Of a DNA stretch of 64,000 nucleotides, positions 55,030-64,000 are shown in pieces (within the stretch, counting starts at the first letter, position 1; the number at the start of each line of letters is the position of its first letter). Made by a program: the position numbers and the translations under genes. Source of the stretch: Adineta vaga. Its lineage: Eukaryota; Animalia; Rotifera. The stretch lies in NCBI GenBank assembly GCA_021613535.1, contig CP075497.1, forward strand, positions 2,852,001 through 2,916,000. Reading direction: 5' to 3'. Below the pieces are notes generated by a model that saw nothing but the letters and a program-made list of their open reading frames with translations, had not been told where the DNA came from and searched no databases.

Positions 55030-57137
55030 TCATTTCATTTTTGCAGCTAAATCTTCTGCTTGTTGAATTTCTTCAGTAAGTGTTGATGCATGTATCGAAC
55101 TTTTAGCACGATTAATAGCTTCACGAAGACCTTCTGGTTCTTGTATTAACATTGCTTGTGTTAAATCTATCAATTTGAATAAAAACTTACAAGAATGTAA
55201 ATTTTCGATTATTTACCTTTTTGATATGTATCAATGCCAGTAAAAGTAGCTCCTTCAAAAACGACATATTGTCTACCTTCTAAACTATATTGATGAACAT
55301 CTTTTGGTCGATCCGAATAAAATTCTTGAAGAATACGGTCATCTACCGGTGACGTTGCGCGATCGACTTGGTCGTATTTTTTAACTTGTGGGAGGTTTGT
55401 TGGTCGTTGATTAGTTGATGCTGCATTACTATTCGATTGACGAAGAGGTGGAGGATGAGCAGAAACAGGAACTGTTTGCGTGGTCACTGGCATCGTTTTA
55501 CTCATCACTGGTCGGATAGTATTAACATGATCATGATTAGGACCATCTATAAAACACATCAAGTCTTCTATTGATAAGAATTTGATTCTTACTTAATAGA
55601 TAAAGTATTCCTGTATACAGTAAGATCGATATTGCAGCAATTAATGACGATAAAAGTGATGCAGTAATGTCTAAAATATGATGAAGTAGAAACTAGACGA
55701 GGTTAATGGAAATTATGTTTATACCTTTTTCTAAACTTGTTGAAGCAAGTGTAATATATCCTGAACAATAGGCAATACAAAGAATCAAACCAAGCATGAG
55801 AAAACTTTCGAGAACAATGGTGGCTAATAACATAATTCTACATGCCATGAATCGTTGTACTAAATATCACATCGAATTTTCTTTTCTTCTAAATATCAAA
55901 ATTGTTTTTCATTTACCTTGAGTACGATCATTTAAGATGATAAACAAAACAAGTAGAACAAATATACCAGCTAAACAACCAATAATAACATTAGCTACTG
56001 GAATTTGTATAATATTTTGATCTAAATCAAATGAAACATAAAATTAATAAAGAAAACTCTATTTTTAATCATCCTTTCTACATACATTGAATACCCCATA
56101 GGATAGCATAGACAATAATCATAACCAATGATAATAGAAGAATAGCCGATGTTATGGCAATTGTATTCTTACTTAGAATAAAACGATTGTATAAATAAAG
56201 TACAAAAGAGAAGAGCATAAACCAATTAAGAAGTAAAACAGAATAAGTCCACCAATTTGCATAAGTACCACCAAATGAACTTGTACACAAAGTAACAACA
56301 GTAACTCGTCCAATAATACTTGCTTTTGCTTGTTTATTTACTCCATTTGTTCCTGAGAAGTCGATAAAACATAAAGACAAAAAGACATTTTATAATTCTT
56401 ACCAGGTACACATGGAGCCGGCAAAAGACTATTACATAAATAATTATTTACACATTGTAAACGACTATCATAAGCAGCACAATATGTTCCAATTGCTGTT
56501 TCATACGTACTATTTGGACACCAGTTGATCAATGAATCATCAACAGTGGATCCATCAAGCCAATGCCAATTTGAATCTCGAACTATAAAAGATTTCTTCT
56601 TTTTCCAATTAATGTCTCACTTAATAGTTCATTCATTCAGTTTTTTTTCTCTAAGTATATAGACTTCTTTACTTTATGTCAACTTCTATCGATCAATTTT
56701 GAAAGGAAAACCTCTGTCAACTTTCTTCTTTAGTTCATTATTTATTCATATTTATTCTTCACGAATAAGACAAACAACATGGAGATAAAAACTTACATGA
56801 CGCGAAATTATTTGCACCGATCCAAAAGAGTGATGTTTTATCGATATTTGTTTGTTTGAATAAATTCAATTGTTCATAAGAAAAGATTTGAATCAGTAAT
56901 CCATCAACTGTTCTAGTTAAACATTGATTATATGCATCAGACCATGAGAAAACATTGGTTTTATAATAATAACAAAAATTTGTCTCGTTATTTGTAGAAA
57001 ATGGACTAGAGCATTGAGTTGTAACTAAATAAAACAATTTTCTATGGATTACTCTTTTCGCAAAGTACTCATTTACCTTGTTCGATGTGTATGAGATTGA
57101 AAAGAAAGAATAGCAAGGTGATTTGTGACGAGGCCAT
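55030..57137 (-). CDS. Signal peptide + C-type lectin domain + five TM helices + cytoplasmic tail
   Basis: MASSQITLLFFLFNLIHIE, a CTLD (CYYY..SWSDAYNQC..FWIGA..WHWLDGS..NWC..C..C), then five hydrophobic segments over four exons and a tail ending ..AEDLAAKMK*. Confidence 0.75.
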
Positions 57138-59439
57138 AATAGATATGAAAGAATATATACGTTTCTAATTGAAATTTTTGAGATGTTGTCTCCGAGTATT
57201 TGTTTCCATCGTCTCTCGCGATTATATTTTATTTTGTTGGTATCCAACAACAATAATTATTTTCAGTCCGTCACTTTGGTTCGGCTTTTCTTTTCTCGTC
57301 AGTTTTTTGCTAAAAAAGAAAGACTCGTTACTTTTAATTTCTCTCATCCCTTTTCTTTCTTTTTCTTTCCTTTTTAACCCTTTGGATAATTCTTTTTATT
57401 ATCTACGCATCTAGGAAACTTGTTGATACGTAGAAAACAAACGCCAAAGAAAGAAAAAAAAATTAAACAACCAATGATAAATACATTGACAATAGAATCT
57501 ATTTCAATTAGATTACCCTTACTACAAAATACTCAATACATGTATGAACAACATGATGTGCTTTGAAAGAAAAAACAAACAAATCATCCGACCTTTATCT
57601 TTTATTATTTACTCCGTGTGTTCCGTCTTTGCGTTGAACCGTGGATGAAATAAAAAAAGGAAAAAAAGATAGAAAAACTACCCTCGCGATATCGCGATAT
57701 AAAAGATACTTCTTTTTTTTATGTAAAAAAAATGAAACTCGAAGCGTCACATTTGTGATTATTACATACATGACAGCAGATCATCTTTCTTCTTAAGACG
57801 TAGAAAGAAAAAGAACGTAGGTGTCAACTTTGTTTGTTTGAAGAATCAATTGAGTTCTCATTAGTCATATGGAACAGAACTCAAAATGGTTTATTTATTG
57901 AGGAAAATCACTTCACTCTACCGTGACATATCATCTTATTAATCAATGTTTCTTTGAAATATTCAACCAATGAATATATTTGTTGATAACCAATTAGAAA
58001 TTGATATTAAGAAAACAATCGCTAGAAGAAAGTGACAGGTGATTTTCGTTTACAGAAAAAAACAACAACAACAAAAAATAATCTCACATTACGTACAACT
58101 AATTATTCGTTGATTCCGAAAGTTTATCTACGGATAAGATTAACAGATCTTGAAACCAAACAGCTAATTAGAATAGACACAATTACATATGTTTCTAAGT
58201 TACACAGATATAAAAGTTCATATTTTACATAACATTAACGATACTGAATTCTTTTAAATCACATATTTTCTCTATCATTATCAATATCCGATTAAGTTAT
58301 ATAATATCAACTTAACATTTTCTTCTCTTTCACAAGATATCTGTAAATTCCTTTGATTTTATCAGAAATTCAGACACGAATACAATGAAAGTTTTTCGAA
58401 AAACGAATCTTTTAATACGAACATGTAGGCATCATTAGTATGCAAGTATGGTATGTGCATGCTGCACATCTCTTTTTCGTATTTCTTTTATCTTGCCTTT
58501 TCGAACACATTACATATTGAAAAAGTGTGAGGATGAATCAACCAGCTAAACGATGTCGATTTTCAACGACTCCATCATCATCATCATCATCATTAAATGA
58601 ATTCGTATGTATAACAAAGACGTTTCTTTTTGTTCGTTTTTGATTGTTTGTTATTGTCGTCGGATGTAATTACGCAAAGATATAGACATGAGCGAAAAGA
58701 GTATTTATGTATGGCAATGATCTTGATGACTTTTGTGACCGATGATAATCCTTATTCTAATGATGACACAATCGGAGTAGTGAACAAAAAACAAGTATCG
58801 AACGAAAGATAGACAAGTTTATTCTTCTAAATGATTAGTTAGGTTTTTTTCTTTCATTCGAACGAATCAATGTTTGAAACTTGTTCAATCTATGAGAATG
58901 ATTGTTGTACATGTTGTTTTCTGGTATGTGTTTTAAGAAGAATTTCTCATTTTTCGTTGTCTTAGTGAAAAAAAGAAAATAATCTTTGACATAATGATGA
59001 ATCGTATCTCTTTTTCGAAATATGGAATGGATGATAAGACGAAAACGTGCAAGAATAATGATGATGTCCGTGCCATCATTCTTCATATTCACTTTTGTTT
59101 ATTTGTTTCAAGAGAAAAGAGGAGACGAGAGACAGGGTGAGAGAGAGAAAAATTAGTGTTGGTCCATTATTGAAATTTTTTTTATCAATGTAGGCGTCTC
59201 AACATATATACACGAATAAGCAGATTCTTTTCAGATTATTGTTACAAGAAAACAGAAAGAAAGAGAGAGAGAGAGAGTAATCTCTGTTTGTCTCGTTTAG
59301 TGATTAAGACGAAGTTCAAAGATAGAATCGTACGTGTTTTTGAAGCGAACCGATTAGTCAATTGAATGTCTGTCACACATAGAAATTTCACTAGGATATA
59401 AATAGAGAAGATTTTTCATTCTTTTTTCAGTTACCAACA

Positions 59440-61742
59440 ATGCGAACAACAAATATGGATCGAGCTACTCTTAAAGTTGAAATACCATTTACAGATCATG
59501 CTCATTGTATTGGAAGACAAGGAAATCAAATTCAAAGTATCATGTCAGCAACAGATACACACATTCATTTTCCTGATGGCAATCGTGAACCCAATGGAAC
59601 AAAATCGAATCAAGTAAGTTTAGAGAAAAGAAAAAGAAGAAGAAGAATTAAATGAAATTCTTTCTTCAGGTATCAATTACAGGAACAATTTCATCGATTG
59701 AAGAAGCTCGAAAACGTATCCGAGAAATTCTTCCTATGTCATTGAAATTTCTTATTCCACCAACACAATTAATCAATATTATCAATGATGATTATCCATT
59801 ATTTAAGAATGTTCGTTCACGATTTGGTGTCATCGTTCTTCCACGTCCATATGCAAAAACTGGTGATGTTTATTGTATTGTTCGTGGATTGTAAGTTACA
59901 GCAAATTAATTTTTTCTCTCCAAAAAACAAACATTTTCTCTTCTTTTCCCCCTCATAATAATAGAATCAATCAGCCTGGTTTAGCTGAAGCAACTGAATA
60001 TCTTATTCACGCATTCTATGGTTTCGAAGCTCCATTAATTAAAGTAACATGTCAAACAGAAGTTAGTGAACAATATCATGTTTATTTACAAACTCGTCAA
60101 CAATCGAAAGATATGTGTATCGCGGCAATTGAACAATATACTCATACAACAATTCAATTTCCAACAATGATTAATTCCAATCATTCACAGGATAATATGA
60201 ATAATTATGGACGTCGAACATCGGTTACAATTACGGGATCACCAACACAAGTTTGTCAAGCAAGAAAATTATTTGATGTAAGGATAAAAATTCATGTCTA
60301 TTTGATTTGATGACTTCTTTTGTTTTTCTATAGCTCTGTTTACCAATTATTTTGACTTTTGAAATACCAATTGATAAAGAACCATCTCGTGGTATGTTAA
60401 ATTAACATAATCTTTTCATTTTTGTGCATTGATTGTATATTACTTTTTTCTTTTAGCTCAAACAGCTCATATTAAAGATAAACTTAATGTTACAACAACT
60501 GTTCGAACACGTAAAGATAAAATTGGCAAAGTAAATATTTTTCTTTTTCTTTATAAATGAAGAAAACGTTTTGAATCTTCTAGTTAGTTACCGTTCAATC
60601 ACAAGAATACAATTGTGATCAATTATTTCGAGCACGCGCTGTTATTCTCGGTTTACCAGAACCCAATCATAATCATATGTTACCTATCAATACTACTGGT
60701 TTATTTGATCTAAGTAAATTTTCACAAGACATAAATCTCTTAAACTTTCTTCATTTTTATTCATAGATCAATCATCGACATTTCTATCCGATCTCTCCTG
60801 TAAGTTTATTCTTTAAATTTTCTCGAATCTTCAACTTTATTTTCCCATTTAGTACCATCGGGATCATCTTCATTAATTCTTACATCACCTTCGACAAATC
60901 ATATGACAGATAGTATCTTAATTCCCATCGAACCTTGTTATATACCATCAGCACAACAAATCGATACTGTACTTGTACCAATGTAAATGAAATCAATTCG
61001 TTTTCTCTTTGTTTTTTTTTAAATTGATTATTTATAGAGTTGAAACAAGCACAACGAAAAAACCATCGCCTATTGGTCATGAACGTTCATCATCAAGAAG
61101 TAAATTAATTTTCTTCTAAGATATCGAAATATGTTTATCTCATGTTTAGATATTGATCAAGAAACGATTGTTTGGCCAACAAATAACGATCAAATTTCAT
61201 CGGTAAATCATTTTGACAAAGAAAAGGATTTATTTTTTTTAAAAAAAACGAATTTTTTTAGCTTTTGGTTTTCGATTCATCGACTCAACAATCATTAAAA
61301 TCGACTGATATTAATAATTTAGAATCAATTGACAGTAAGTTAAACTTACATCTTTGAATATAATTCAAATTTATCTATTTTTAGATACTTTAGCTTTTCC
61401 AACACAAGATAATTGTTCGACTAAATTATTTACATTACTTCGTTCAATAAATTTAGAAAAATATTGGTCAACATTTGAACGTAATGAGGTAATTTTTCTC
61501 AAATGTATTTCTATTAATCCAATGATAAACAAATCTTAGATTGACTATTGCACATTTCTTTCTATGACGGATCAGGATTTGACTCAAATTGGTATTGAAG
61601 CTTTTGGAGCTCGTCGTCGTATGCAACAAGCCATTGCAGGTAGAAACTTCGTTATCCTTCTTGAGCAACTTTTTCAAATCAATTGTTCTAATAAATTTCT
61701 ATTGATTTAGACCATGCCTTGGCCAGTATCAACCGATATTAA
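59440..61742 (+). CDS. BicC: Bicaudal-C family KH plus SAM RNA-binding protein
   Basis: HAHCIGRQGNQIQSIMSATDTHIHFPDGNR..KSNQVSITG..IEEARKRIREILP, further KH-like units, and SAM LRSINLEKYWSTFERNEID..FLSMTDQDLTQIGIEAFGARRRM. A possible extra upstream coding exon lies at 58711-58794. Confidence 0.9.
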
Positions 61743-62012
61743 TGATCACGATCAAAGATTTCTTCATCTTTTCTCAAATAATCAAACAGCTTTCGACTTA
61801 AGCATTAATAATCCATTACCATTACTTATCGACGATGCGAACACATCTATTTCTTATTCATCAACGCTTTCGCTTTTGTCTATTTAATCATTCTTATTTC
61901 ATGTAGATATATCATAGATCATGTTCTTGTTTTAAAAAAAATGTATATACATTTACAAATGCTCACTTTTGTCTTTCATTTAATCGAAAAGAAAAAGAAT
62001 AAGAAATTAAAA

Positions 62013-63690
62013 TTATGTAGAGATTTGTTTGTTTTCGGAACTATCACTTTGTATTGGAAGAGTTTCGGATTTCGATGGAAGATAAAAATGTATATAAGGT
62101 TGATCATCGAATAGATCACCTGTTTCAGGAATATCAGGAAGAATTCTAAAAAGAAGAACAAAAAAAGAAATTCTTTTCAAAAGAAAGATTGAATTTACAT
62201 CTTTTTGATATTATCAATTGTTGTATGAGTAAATAAATCAGTGGAGAGAAGATTATTTTCTGGTAAGGGAATGTATTGTGGACAACCGGGTTTATGCCGA
62301 TGTGATGATGATGATGATAATAATGGCATTTCATTATTATTTGAAAACAATGTAGGTTTTGTTTCAAGTGGTAATGCTATTATTTTAGTTGATAAATGCA
62401 TACTTTTGGGTATGATTTGTAGATGATGTTTTTTATTGTATTGTCGAGCGATACAACAAAGAATTAGAGAGGTGAGGAATAATACACTACTGAATCCGAT
62501 TAGAATAGTTATTAATATATTAATGAAATTCCATTGATCTATCAAAGAATCAATCAATCAACAGGAAAAACTAGAGTTTTATTTTACTAATTCGAGTTAG
62601 AATTATTGTCGAAGAATTGTCATCTAAATAAAAAGAAGTTTTATCTCGTTCAGTTTCTTTTTATATTTAAACAATGATTCACGTTTAATATTGATTTTAG
62701 TTCGACAAATTCGATGATTGTTTACAAATAGATTTACATTTTTTGAAGGATCTAATGTTATGATGCAAATATATTCTCTATTAAGTTCATTAGAATCAAT
62801 TGATTCAATTGTATATTTAATGGAACGTTTCCAATTGAATGAATTTTTGATTTCATCAAAATCTTTTGAGATTATATTTCTATATGAAGAATCCTTTTGC
62901 TTAAGATAAAATGATAGATTAATAGTTGGTTGATAATCATTATAAATAACAAATTCATAATCAATTGAACATGAAATATCAATTGATTCATTTGCATGAA
63001 TAGTTATTTCTTTTGTACAATTCACTGTTTATAAATGTCGAGAAAAACAAACAAAATATTCGATGCAAAGGATAAAAATACTTACGTGTTGTTGGTAAAA
63101 GATGAATAAATCGATATATATCATGTAGAATATCATCATCTGGACTAAAACCAGATTCTGCATGTAAAATAATTTCATAATGAAGAAGATTTTCATTATT
63201 ATTATTCTGTAAGATTAATTGACCGGTAGTTTCGTGAATAATACATGAAAAATTTTCATCATGATTGACAATAAATCGATTTTGAATGCGATCGAATCGC
63301 GCAAGTTGTCGATAATTATTTGAAGATATCCGATGGATTAACCATGTCGTATGTTCACGAACTGAAGATTTATTGTTAGAATTTTCAGAGATTAAAGTAT
63401 CAATGAATTTGAAATCAGGTGTATCAATGATAATCTCATGATTAGTTTCATATGTTTTAGTATATCGATTGAAATCTAAGAAAAAAGAAACATATTGAAT
63501 CTTGATTGTAAATCAAGAAAATTTACTTTGAATTGAAGAACTATGTACATCTCGTTTAACAGACTGTGTTTCTTGATTATCAAGTTGAATTGTGTATATA
63601 TTCTAAACAAAGAAAATGATCTTTTCTTTAGACTATATGATGTCTATCTACTTGTGAGATGAATAGGAAAAGTAGTAGGAGAATTTGCAT
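62013..63690 (-). CDS. Single-pass type I membrane protein with Ig-like ectodomain
   Basis: Signal peptide MQILLLLFLFISQ, beta-rich exons including ESIDISCSI...REYICII, TM ILITILIGFSSVLFLTSLILCCIA and a cytoplasmic tail. All exons join via GT-AG introns. Confidence 0.65.
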
Positions 63691-63771
63691 ACTTCATCAA
63701 ACTATTCGCGCCCTATTCTGATCGTCAATTGATATATTCAGGATCAAATTATCTGTTATTGATACAAAGAT

Positions 63772-64000
63772 ATGAGTGAGAATGAAATTGAAGAAGATAC
63801 TGATTCTGTCGAACAAATAGAAACACAATCGAATACTGAAGAAATGAAAACTTGTCTTCAAATTAGTGCAACTAATCAATTTCCAGATATTGCTTTCAAT
63901 CAATATAAAGTTGCTATTATTGGTATGAATGATTTAGGATCTGCAACAGCTTTTCTACTTCTATCTCGACAAATTATTACTGATATGATTATTATTGATC
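63772..64000 (+). CDS. Lactate/malate dehydrogenase-like protein, N-terminal part (runs off the window)
   Basis: An acidic leader is followed by YKVAIIGMNDLGSATAFLLLSRQIITDMIIID, matching the LDH beta-alpha-beta start (KVTIVGxGxVG..A..L....DEL.L.D). Confidence 0.65.
   Translation, partial: MSENEIEEDTDSVEQIETQSNTEEMKTCLQISATNQFPDIAFNQYKVAIIGMNDLGSATAFLLLSRQIITDMIIID

Noticed and set aside
62540-62625. Apparent frameshift before the TM exon of the Ig-like gene
   Set aside because: It is resolved by a ~49-nt GT-AG intron (gtaaaa...ttgatag).

Overview
This is a very AT-rich, gene-dense eukaryotic (animal) window with many ~50-60 bp GT-AG introns, so most ORF-track entries are exon fragments or noise. 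The composition, intron size and gene content suggest a bdelloid rotifer, which is an inference. I assembled about 24 spliced gene models by hand; boundaries may be off by a few nt. Recognisable genes: DCP1 3' end, CFAP77, a galanin/allatostatin-A-type GPCR, SLC66A3/PQLC3, an SCP/calexcitin-type EF-hand protein, an SMPDL3-like phosphodiesterase, a cytoplasmic intermediate filament, ADPRM (one frameshift), epsin, TMED9, RPS3A, GFAT, HCF, Bicaudal-C and the start of an LDH-like gene. There are also two MITE-like palindromic elements and a TMEM272-like pseudogene. The best candidates for something new are: (1) two paralogous ~77-aa proteins with three abnormally close EF-hand loops; (2) a secreted neuropeptide-precursor-like gene upstream of the peptide GPCR; (3) a C-type lectin fused to a 5-TM domain; (4) an intermediate filament with a probable ~650-aa disordered head; (5) an operon-like TMED9-epsin-ADPRM run, with a +1 frameshift exactly at a stop codon in ADPRM; (6) symmetric microexons in GFAT and a Taspase1-type site in HCF.
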